Positions 53,330 through 64,000 of a stretch of DNA of 64,000 bases are shown here, one piece after another. Positions within the stretch are counted from its first letter, which is position 1; every line of letters starts with the position of its first letter. The notes below the pieces were generated by a model, which worked only from the letters and a program-made list of their open reading frames with translations, was not told where the DNA came from and searched no databases. This stretch comes from Callorhinchus milii (taxonomy: Eukaryota). The DNA lies in assembly GCF_018977255.1 (NCBI RefSeq), contig NW_024704742.1, positions 27,592,001-27,656,000 of the forward strand, read 5' to 3'. The position numbers were made by a program, and so were the translations under genes.

Positions 53330-53719
53330 ATACCCTTCGTTCCTCCGGCTCCGGTCTGCTCCACATCCCCCGCCCCAACCGCCCTACCATCAGTGGCCGG
53401 GCCTTCAGCCTCTCAGCCCCTGGGCTCTGGAACTCCATCCCCCAGTGCCTTCGTCTTGCTTCCTCCCTTTCCTCCTTCAAGGCCGGTCTCAAGACCTTTC
53501 TCTTTGACCGTGCCTTCAGCTCCCCTCTTGACTCTCTACTCCCTCCACGCTCGCTCCCTTCCCTCCCCTCACCCTGACCATTTCCCCCCTCCTCGCTCCT
53601 TCCCTCCCCTCACCCTGACCATTTCCCCCCTGCTCGGGTCCTGACCCAACTGTACAGCGCCTTGGGACGTCCTCCCGACGTGAAAGGCGCTCTATAAATG
53701 GAATCTTGTTGTTGTTGTA
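53330..53719 (+). mobile_element. L2 LINE 3' end with an internal duplication of about 40 bp in its C-rich 3' UTR
   Basis: Same family as 6108-6503; ccctcaccctgaccatttcccccct occurs twice between 53560 and 53632. Confidence 0.88.
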
Positions 53720-53980
53720 ACCTGCCCTTAGAATGGAATTCATTATTTTATATCCTATTGTTGTTCGACTAATGGGTCTGTAATTGCTTGAGCTGGTTTG
53801 GTCACCTTTTTAATGATAAAACTTGTTTCCATTCCTTTAAAACATCATTATTGGTTACATGGTTTTAGCAGGTAAAGCTCCAGCAGTTTTCTCTCTCTGG
53901 GGTCTCCAAGCCTGGACTGTTGCCCACCTGAGCCAAATACTTTCCAGGATTAGGGAGAACGTTCACAGTCCTTCCAGACA

Positions 53981-54163
53981 AATAATAATAATAATCCTTG
54001 CATTTGATATAGCGCTTTTCATGTCTTCTAGACGTCTCAAAGGGCTTCACAGAATATGCTGTAAAGTGAATTGACCGTATATTTGTGGGCGAAATGCGGC
54101 AGCCAATTGCACACAGCAGTGTCCCACAAACAGTCATGGATTGAAAATGACCAATTTATTATT
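53981..54163 (-). mobile_element. Young SINE 3' half
   Basis: Near-perfect reverse complement of 26915-27082. Confidence 0.88.
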
Positions 54164-55523
54164 GTTTTTTGTTTTTCTGATTCATTGCTTAGTTATGTCT
54201 TTATATGTTCGATTGTCTGCCAGATACAACAAGCTGAATGGCCCATCTCTCCAGTGGCCACCTGCAGCGCATCACATATCATGCATGTGCCTGCAGGACA
54301 TGTTTCTGATTCAGACTACCTGGATCCTAATGGTGAACTTATCTTAATGTGACTTTCAGTGTACAAGTTGTACATTTGTGCAAAGAACTTTGAGAGAGTT
54401 GCTTTTCAGCCTATCCACACGTTTGTTTTATTTTGCAAGAGACCAGAGTTTGAATGCAGCATTAAACTGTAAAGTGGATTGAGGCATACTGAATAATTCA
54501 GCATAGATCAATAAACATGCTGTGTGTGATATAAAACATTAAAGGTTAGTGAAAACTCCTATAAACCATTTAAACCTTGGGATATAAGTGTACAAACAAC
54601 ACAAAATCAATCCTTGGATCTCTTTTTATTGTTTAGAGGAAGGACAGACTATATGTATATATATATACTTATTTTTTAAAAACTTACTGTTCATATATAA
54701 AGAAAATTTGTTTCAATAATATAAAGCACAATAAATCTGTGAGCGCAAAAGTGAGCAAAAGTGTATCAGAATAACCATGTGTTAGTGCAAGCTTGAGAGG
54801 CATTTCCAAAAAGATTACAAATCTTTGATCAATGTTGAATCTATGCTTTGTTGAATGGCATTTAATTGTGTTGAAATGTGCAGCTGCTATTCGAATCTAG
54901 CACCCAATGCTTCTCCAAGCATTGCGAGATTTCCAGTATGTATTTCAGGAAGAGGATGAAAGTCCCAGCCTATCGAAAAAAAGGCTTTAAGAAGTTATCT
55001 TGCCATAACTATGCAACACAAAAATCAGTGCTGGTTGGATTGAAGCGAGTTCTCAGTCATTTCCTTTGTTTTCACAAAAGAGGTGAACAGGTTTGCTCTG
55101 TGTGAAGCGACACTGTAAGAACAGTAGGAGCAGCAGAGCGCTGTTGAGTGAAGGCAGTGGCACAGGTTGAGATAATACCCTCTCCTTGATGCTGTGAATT
55201 GCTTGTTCGTAAGACGGAAAATTCAGGTCTTGGTACATGGCAGGATGGTAGAGAACAATGATGAATGCTGTCATATCTGCAAGAAAGTGAAACCACGAGA
55301 AAGGGAGTATGTGGGCTGCTCAGACCCTCACTCAGGCTGCTGCTCCTCCCATCACAGCTTGCTTTCAGCCAAGTCATCCAGAGACTGAACTGCAGTATTT
55401 TTTACTCTTGGTAATAGGACCTTGTCATGTGGAACATTGGAAAACCACTTTATCAACAACGAGAGAAACTGCTACAACAAAGTGCCCGGAACAGGTGCAC
55501 AGTGCAGCTCTCAGTTCCATAAG

Positions 55524-56217
55524 AATAATAATCCTTGCATTTGACATAGCAACCTTATATTTTAGTTGAGACATCTCAAAGTGCTTCACACAATATAATA
55601 AATAATAATAATCCTTGAATTTGATATAGCGCTTTTCACGTCTTCTCGACATCTCAAAGCGCTTCACAGAATAGACTGTCAAGTGAATTGACTGTATATT
55701 TGTGGGCGAAACGTGGCAGCCAATTGCGCACAGTAGTGTCCCACAAACAGTCGTGGATTGAAAATGACCAATTTATTATTTTCTTTTGGAGGGATTATTA
55801 TTAGGCGTGTGGGATAAGGAAACTTGCCTAAGGTTTCGCCCTGCTGGGAAATGAACCCAGGTGTCTTGCTTGGAAGGCAAGTGCTCTAACCACTGAGCTA
55901 CAGGACTCCACAACATGAATTGACTGTATATTTTGTGGGTGAAATGTGGCAGCCAATTGCATGCAGCAGAGTCCCACAAACAGTCATGGATTGAGTGACC
56001 AAATTATTAATTATTCATATATTTATTTATTGAGAAGAGATTATTACTCCCAGAAAGCAATCTTCCAATCGACTGACAACGGGGTTTCCTATTCACTGTT
56101 AGGTAAACCGAGGCATGTGGAGTAAGGAAACTTGCTGAATGTTTCACCCAGTAATCAAACCCAGGTCCTCTCACTTGCGAGACGAGTGCTCTAACCAATA
56201 CGCTACAGAAATCCACA
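55524..56217 (-). mobile_element. Long-variant SINE (55524-55596 plus 55916-56217) with a short-variant SINE (55597-55912) nested inside
   Basis: Two tails and two heads; the outer copy resumes collinearly at tgaattgactgtat. Confidence 0.88.
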
Positions 56218-56900
56218 CTGAAAAATGCATCCCAAGCACGAAGGTGCGGTTCAGTCAGAGGATTCTTACAAACCTTGTGTGATGACTGGATTCCGTGTCT
56301 TATTCAATGCTATGAAAGCCCAGCTCGGGCAGCAGTTAGGATGAAGCAATTTGCTTCAGCAGCACTGGCCTCAGAAGGGTAAAACACAGAGTCAATTATG
56401 GGCAGTTTGCAGGTATGCTAACTTCGTCATTCACTTCTTTACTGTTTGAGAAACATTACTGTGCGAAGATTGGCTGTTGCACTCGCCTTCAAAATACACA
56501 ATGACTACTATTTAGTACTACTATCCCATGAAAATACTTTGAGACATCCTCCTGACATGACACAAGCACATCCTTTGAATAAGTTGGAGGAGCAGAAGGA
56601 ACACCTGGGGATTGCAACGATATGATGGGGTAAAAAGCATTGTCGCAGCAATGTATCCAGCACTTTATTGCTCTAAATTACTACTATAAAATGTATTACA
56701 ATTGATTGTAGCATGTCTGAACAGTGAACTTCATGTGGCTCAAACTGATAGTGAAGCACCTGCATTGTTCTGGGGGCTGTTCACAAATTTACGTTTGGTT
56801 TGCACATGGTTCAACACTTTCTGTATGCTATACATTTCTGCTTCAACACCGTTTAGAGGCAGGAAACCAATTTGACCTCCTGTTTGATATAAAAAAACGA

Positions 56901-57249
56901 AATAATAATAATTCTTGCAATTGATGTAGCGCCTTATGTTGTTGAGACGTCTCAAAGCATTTCACAGCATATACTGTAAAGTGAATTTACTGAATATCTA
57001 ATGGGCAAAATGCAGCAGCCAATTGCGCACAGCAATGTCCCACAAACCGTCGTGGATTGAGTGACCAAATTATCATTTTATTTCTTGAAGGGATTACTAC
57101 CCCTGGACTAACAACCAGGTTCCTACTTACTGCTAGGCAAACTGAGGTGTGTGGAGTAAGGAAACTTGCCTAAAGTCTTGACATGCCTACGAATCGAATC
57201 CAGGTCCTCTGGCTTGTGAGGCAAGCACTCTAACCAGTACAGTACACCA
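56901..57249 (-). mobile_element. Full-length young SINE with a partial internal deletion
   Basis: Tail at left, gcactctaacca head at right. Confidence 0.85.
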
Positions 57250-57509
57250 TTCTAGAGAAATCATCCACTGCTATCAGTTGTGTACAAGGTCAGAAGGATA
57301 TTACTAGCAATAAGGCTTTGAGTGATGGAAAAAAACTCTGAGAGCATACAGGAGGAGGATTTAATTAGTTACTTTCATTTATATATTTGGGTGGATTTTG
57401 TTGCTTTTCTTGGGCTGAACTTCAGCTGTTCAGTAATTTGATTGTCATTGTAAATAAGCCCTAACATCAGGAATGCTGTTCACTACAATGCACAGCTATT
57501 TGTCAGGAT

Positions 57510-58230
57510 GAACAATAACAATTTGAGATTTTTAAAGAGGCTCTAACATTGGGAAGATGTCTCACAGCATTTCACAGAGCCGACTGGGAGCCAAGCTGCG
57601 AATGAGAAGGCTGAGGAAGGGAGACAGGATAAGGTACCCAATAGCACAGTTGAAAACAACGGTCTTAAGGATCCAGAACAATTTGCACCTGTATTGAACC
57701 TTTTACATAGGGAGAAAGTCACTTTATGAAGATAGTATGGGTGATATGAGGAGTAGGGGAAGTGGCTGAAAGTGCATTCAAAGAGTTTAGTCTTCAGAAG
57801 GCATTTGAAAGCAGATTGGAGGGGGTGAGACAGGGATTTTGGAAGATAGTTCTGAAGTTATCCGCTGATGGTAGGGTAGAGCAGGCAGCGGTCATGGAAC
57901 ATGCAAAAGTTGAAGGAACAGAGGGAACATCTGGGGATTGCAGAGGTATGATGGAGTAAAGCTATTGAGGGAATAGATGGTATGGTTGATGATCTTAAAT
58001 TCAATCCATTGGAGGATAGGGAGCCTAAAGAGGGCAGTGGACTTGTAGAAGCTATTATGGAGAGTAGGTGAACTGCGAAGCTCTGGATGATCTGCAGCTC
58101 GTGGAGCCTAAGATGTCGGCAAACATTGTATTGTAACAGCTGAAGCTGGAGATGACAAAGGCGTGGATAAGAGTTTGGGCTGTATTGAGGTTGATTTAGT
58201 ACCAGAGGCAGGCGATGTTTTGATGAGCAG
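57510..58230 (-). mobile_element. Old L2 LINE fragments
   Basis: Purine-rich. gctggagatgacaaaggcgtggataagagttt reverse-translates to TLIHAFVISS. Confidence 0.65.
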
Positions 58231-58328
58231 AGTTTTGCCTTTCTAAAACGACATTTGGGTGTAATTGAATGATGGAATTTTTACCTAATCATAGTTGTAC
58301 AGAATATTACTGCGTTGAGTCTTCTAAG

Positions 58329-58512
58329 ATAATAATAATCTTTGCATTTGATATAGCGCCTCATCATGACTTCGAGACATCTCAAAGCACTTCACAGAAT
58401 ATACTGTAAAGTGAATTGACTGTATATTTTGTGGGTGAAACACGGCAGCCAATTGCGCACAGCAGTGTCCCACAAACAGTTGTGGATTGAAGTGACCAAT
58501 TTATTATTATTA
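58329..58512 (-). mobile_element. Young SINE 3' half
   Basis: Reverse complement of 58772-58942. Confidence 0.88.
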
Positions 58513-58571
58513 TGTGCCTAAAATCATGTGGCAATGACTTTGTATAAGATCAACACTGGGGTCTATTACAA

Positions 58572-58942
58572 TGGAGTCCTGTAGCTCAGTGCTTAGAGAA
58601 CTCGCCTCGCAAGTGAGATACCTGGGTTCTGTTCCCGGGGGGCGGGGGGTGAAACGTTGGGCAAGTTTCCTTACTGCACACGCTTCTGTTTACCTAGCAG
58701 TAAGTAGGAACCCGGTTGTTAGCCGATTGGCAGATCCCTTTTCCGGGGATCATAATCCTGCAAAAAAAAGATAATAATTTGGTCACTCAATCCACGCCTG
58801 TTTGTGGGACACTGCTGTGCGCAGTTGGCTGCAGCGTTTCGCCACAAATACACAGTCAATTCACTTTACAGCATATTTTGTGAAGCGCTTTGAGACGTCG
58901 AGAAGACATGAAAAGCGCTATATCAACTGCAAGGATTATTAT
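58572..58942 (+). mobile_element. Full-length young SINE, long variant
   Basis: tggagtcctgtagctcagtg head, internal gtaggaacccggttgttag, and tail. Confidence 0.9.
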
Positions 58943-59704
58943 GCTCCATGTGTTAAACCATGTGTATAGAGAAAAGTACAAGAACCCTCAATTATTTAAT
59001 CAAACAATGAAAAGGATTGGTTGTTAAATCAATTCATAATGGGAACTTGTAATTTCTCTGTGCGTGTACGTTTACACATGGTTTGCACATAGCATGGAAA
59101 ACAAAAAACAAATAAATGTTCCCAGTGCAGTGAGCTGTAGTTCCGTATATTTTCCTTTTATCAACACTTCACTTTTTATTTTAACAACTCACTTCTCCTG
59201 CTCCCTTGGATCCTCATCCGTTCCCTTTTTTTTTAGCTGATGATGTCTTTTTTTTTCCCGCATCCTAAATTGCCATTGCCGCTTGTCTATATAAAACATT
59301 CCTTTCCACGTATCGGTGTGATCGTGTCCATGTCATAACGCCAATCCTCTGTCGCTGCCTCTTAACTTTGCAAAGTAATCAAAAAATTGGCACAAAAAAA
59401 CTGCTGCGACAGTCTCTGCAGAAAGTGACGGCCTTGTATTCTCTTGGTTTCATTCCAAACACGGTCCTTCCTGAATGTTTCTCTGAGAAAATTCCCAACA
59501 TCCGACTGGAAGCAAACTGCACCTGCACCTTCGCTGTCAGAAGGATACAAGAGCTAAAGCAACGGTCAGAGGATTCTCGTGTGTTGGGTGCATGTTTTTT
59601 TTAAAAATGATTTACCTTTGAACCCATTTCTTAACATCATCAGAACACTCATCGCAGTCGGAAACTACATTTAACATACACTGCTAGTGAAATTATTTCA
59701 ATGA

Positions 59705-59850
59705 TAGTAATAATCCTTGTATTTGATATTGCGCCTTATCATGTCTCAAAGCACTTCACAGAATATATTGTTAAGTGGCATGACTGTATTTTGTGGGCGA
59801 AACGTGGCAGCCAGTTGCGCACAGCTAGGGGATTGAGTGACCCACTTATT
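59705..59850 (-). mobile_element. Young SINE 3' fragment
   Basis: taatccttgtatttgata...gtggcagccagttgcgcacag. Confidence 0.75.
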
Positions 59851-62800
59851 TTTTTGACTTAAGTAAAGGCTGAACGACAGCAAATTTCTTCTATAACCTG
59901 ATAATGTACATGAGAGTAACTGAAATTGCAGAACACTGACATGTGAAAGTCTCCAAATGAATGGAACTTTATGTCAAAGTACTTAACAAAAACAATAGGT
60001 AACACTGAGCAGGAAGAACAGGAAGGTGCTGAAAAGAGCTAGGTTTTTAAGAGGGTTCGGAAAGCAAGGAGAGGAGATGAAAGAATCTAAGAGAGCTGCC
60101 CAAAATGGGGGAAATCCCTAAAGCATTTTCTACTTGTACCAACTCGCCTTTATTCTAGCTCATTGAGCTTGTGTGTATGCATGAATATATATAACCACCC
60201 ATGTTTATTTATTCCTCTATATTTGAGTTCTCTCCCAAAATACCATTTCTGTGCGGAGACAGTATACAGGTGGTCTAATGCTAATGCTGCTCCAGAAGAG
60301 AATATAAATTTAAAGTTCAAACAGTGTCGAACATATGAACATAAGGAACCATGGAAAGAGTAAATAACATTACATTTCTTCAAGCTGCTTTTCAAAATTC
60401 CTTTCAAAGCTACTCTCTGGGGACTCCACTCTAGCCCCTTGGCCTCCAGGAATAAAGTTCTTCTGTGTAAATGACCATGAAGATAATTGCATAAAAATGT
60501 ATAATGTTCATCTATCTGGTTGACTCAATCCTGCTCTCCCTACCCTCCACATCTAATTTCCTTCTCTTAATCCCAGCATCTCGGAAGGCATTGTGTCCTG
60601 TTGATTACAGACCACCATCTACAAACTGAACCGGGTGGGATTGAACACCATCCTGACTATTGATCTTTTCAAATTAATGATCGTATCAGATTATTATCAT
60701 CCTAAGAGGACCCATGGCCTGGTTTAAAAAAAACTGTGATAAGATCTCACATGACTGAATGTAAAATGTACTGACACTAATGTGTGTTGCTAATTTTGGA
60801 GCCCAGTTAGAAATGCTTTGTGAGTAAATTGGCGTGGGCTTCCCAGCAGTCAGCTGCAGCCTGACCTGCACAGCATTCCTGATATATCCATAGAAACCGT
60901 ATCAGGAAACCGTGCTGATCAGTAATGTCAGGCTCCACATGAACCCTGGAGGCACAAACTCACCGACAAACGCACAAGGTTTCACATCCTCCCTAACTCC
61001 ACTAACAGAACTTGTTCAGGAGCGCTCATAGGGTGAGGCACCGTTTGCACATTTGTTAAAAGAAATCATATCCAAAATGTCAGGAATATTATTCGACAAC
61101 CCACTGAACAGCCAGTGGACAGTCAACAGCACGGCTCTCACCCCCAAAATCAGGAAGGCCAGATTCCCTGCTCAGAGATTAAACACATAGACACGGAAGA
61201 AATTGATGGGGTTGGCGGGGTGAATGCTGGTCTGTTTGAATCATTATCTTTTGAAGTTGCAGCAGTAGATATTGCATTTGCTCACCTTAGTTCTTTCTGA
61301 TCTCCCTGTGGCAAGGGTGCCTGATAGCCTCTATCCATCACCTACCTCTGACAGCATCTCTGGGAGTTATAACTTACAGTGTGGAAACATTTCCAGTGGA
61401 TACCCCTATCTTGATGCTCCTTGGTATTGCATCTTTCCAGCACCAACACAATGTATTCTGACTGAAAGCTAAATTCATGATACATGTATCTTTCTTTGCC
61501 CAAATTAAACACGTTATTGTGTTCATAGCCCAAATTACATGGAGGGAAATGGATGCTTCTTGGTGAATTACAAGATAACAATCCAGTCAAGGGATTTAGA
61601 TGTCATAATGCAGAAGATCAAAGGCTGAACTGCCCTATTTGTCATCCGAACCCCTGGATTAGATGCTGTTATACGTAATAAATTCTTGGCGGTATTCCAT
61701 CCCCCTCAATAAATAGACAGTTTTGCATATGAACATACTTCAGTGATTTTCTATAGAAATAAATTATTTTGCTTATTTATGAGAAGATTGTCGGTAGTTA
61801 TCGTCATTCATACCCAATGTGAACATTGAGTACTGTAGTTTCAGATGTAGAGCTCAGATCTTGTTCTACCACAGCAATCTGCCTTCATCTAACCTGAAGT
61901 GTAGAACAGAAACCCCACCATACCAGGGTGATTGTGTTTATCTCCCATACCAACAATGCTTACAGCCGTGTCAAGTGAGATTGCTAATTTAGTCAGATCT
62001 TTGTGCTGTGTGTCCATTCCCACTTGGAATTGGGTTGAGACGGCCAAAGCTCATTTTGTTGTCATGCCAATATACATGACAATATACTCGGTATCCCAAG
62101 AGAGGTGGTCAAGAACAGATCACACCTCCAATAAAGAAAAGTGCTATGAAATTTCTTCCTCATTGTGGAAGGATTATTGAATAAAACTCTCAGGTAGCAC
62201 CCAGGAATCCTATAGAGAAAGAAAATAATCACATCAATTGCTTTGTTTGGACTTGGGGTGAAAAAGATAGCATACTGACCCATGGCATCATCCAGTCCTC
62301 ATTCTTAAAATGATCAGTAGCTGTTTGTTCCACTTGCCACAGTTTGGTAGGGGGGCAGTCAGTTGTTTTTGCAAGTTCCCACAATATTTGGTTTCAATCA
62401 TGCTGTTTAGAGAAGGGGATTTAGGTGATCAGGCGCCTCAAAAATAATAATGTCTATTAATCCTTGTATTTAATATCGTGCCTTTCGGGTCAGGAGGAGG
62501 TCTCAAAGTACTTCACAAGGTTTACTGTAAAGTGTCGTGGGTCATGTGGAGTATAAAAATTGATGTGGTCTAGTTGGGCTGAATGACTTGTTTCCACAGT
62601 ATATCGCTCTATTTGACTCTCTGTAACTCAAGTATTAATATTAATTTCTTAAATATTAATATGTCTAAAATATGAATTTTGAAATATTTATTTTGAAAAT
62701 GTCCGTATTACAAATATTTAATAACTCAAAGAAAGGGAAGAAGAGTAACTCCAAGACATGATCCACACAGCCAGTTGAGGGACACCTAACTACTCTCACT

Positions 62801-63388
62801 AACTATGTTTTGTGTGTGATGTGAAATCAACAGATGGAGGAGAGAAACTTTTTTTTCTCGTTCCCAAATCAAATCTTTTACTGATATAGAGCTGTGGTAC
62901 CGGCAACTGCTTGAAGGTAAAGTAGGACAAAGTATTATTGATTTCATATCCTTGGAACTGAAATATATTGGATTTACAACATGGGTCCGGCATTATTACA
63001 GATTATTTTTCACAGTGAATTACATGAAAATTAATTTCCTTGTATATATTTGTCTTTTTTGCAAATGTTATTCTTGGAAAGACAGTTGGGTTTGAGTACA
63101 ATAAATAAATATCAATATGAATTGCAGAATATACTAATGCTTCAAAGGGGTTCTACATAATGCAGTCACAAGTGATTAAGTAAAACGGGCAGGAAATCAC
63201 ATTTCAGGTAAATTCAAAATGTAGTATTTTGTGTTGCTATAAATGATTTGTGAGTAGATACTGTGCCAGTGGGTGAACATAGGAATGTACAAGACCTGAA
63301 AAGACCATTGTAGTTCTGACAAGTTTCAAAAAAGATCATGCGCTATATCTCAAATATCTAGGGCTTATATTAAGTAGCTATCTATTTT

Positions 63389-64000
63389 CATAGATTAATA
63401 GATGGTACAGCTTAGAAACAGGCCATTCGGTCCATCCAGTTTTGCTGGCATTTATACCGGCTAATGCCTATCTTAGATCCTATTCTTGGTCCTATATCTC
63501 AGCTTTTTCCCCATATCTCTCAACTTTATTCTCTCTTAACCATGTGTCCAGCCTTTTTTTTAAAGTGCACCTGGTTGTTGCCCCTACAACTGACTGCAGC
63601 AGAGAATTCCATCTTCGCATATGAAAAAATGTTTCCTAATCTCCATTCTGGACCTCTCTTTTCTGATTTTAAAACTATGCCCTCTAGTTCTAGAACCTCT
63701 GACCACCGGAAATAATCTTTCCTTGCCTATCCAAGCCTCCCATCATCTTGTACACCTCTATGATATCCCCTCTCAGCTCTCTGAGCTCCTAAAAAAAAAA
63801 GCTTCCAGTTTACCAAGCCTTTCACTATAACTGCATTTCCTCATTCCAGGCAACATCCTGGTGAATCTTCACTGGTGTACTGCCTCCATCGCTTTAACAT
63901 CTTTCCTGAAACAAAGAGCCCCAAACTACACACAGTATTCCAACTGTGGGCTGGCCATTGTTTTGTATAGATTCAACAGGACCTCCGTATCCTTATACTC
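63389..64000 (-). mobile_element. CR1 LINE 3' portion, running off the window edge
   Basis: Minus strand gives EYKDTEVLLNLYKTMASPQLEYCV*FG...RFTRMLPGMR, then a CR1-type 3' UTR (gaccgaatggcctgtttct..gctgtaccatctat). Confidence 0.88.

Noticed and set aside
55194..55388. Cys/His-rich ORF (CCHICKK...GC..H) suggesting a zinc finger
   Set aside because: Too short, spacing fits no finger I can name, and no supporting splice structure.

Overview
Vertebrate nuclear DNA, AT-rich and CpG-depleted, with no prokaryotic features. The repeat content points to a cartilaginous fish, probably a chimaera such as Callorhinchus: Deu-domain tRNA-derived SINEs, L2 and CR1 LINEs, and a Penelope-type relic. That assignment is an inference from remembered repeat families. 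The window appears to lie inside one large + strand gene for a Diaphanous-related formin, most like DIAPH1. Five GT-AG exons (29291-29424, 33139-33213, 35217-35286, 38034-38173, 38742-38850) join in frame to give 176 aa of the GBD/DID region. I found no flanking exons, so the adjacent introns are probably over 29 kb and over 25 kb. Nearly all ORFs in the supplied track are spurious or repeat-derived. I see no convincing new multi-gene system. The best leads are: a TSN Rho-specificity motif in an otherwise DIAPH1-like protein; an unclassified 5'-truncated retroposon family, one copy with an inverted hairpin; a decayed hammerhead-like core; an 85-bp formerly CpG-rich unit; a hairpin minisatellite; and SINE/LINE tail sharing, nesting and inverted pairs.
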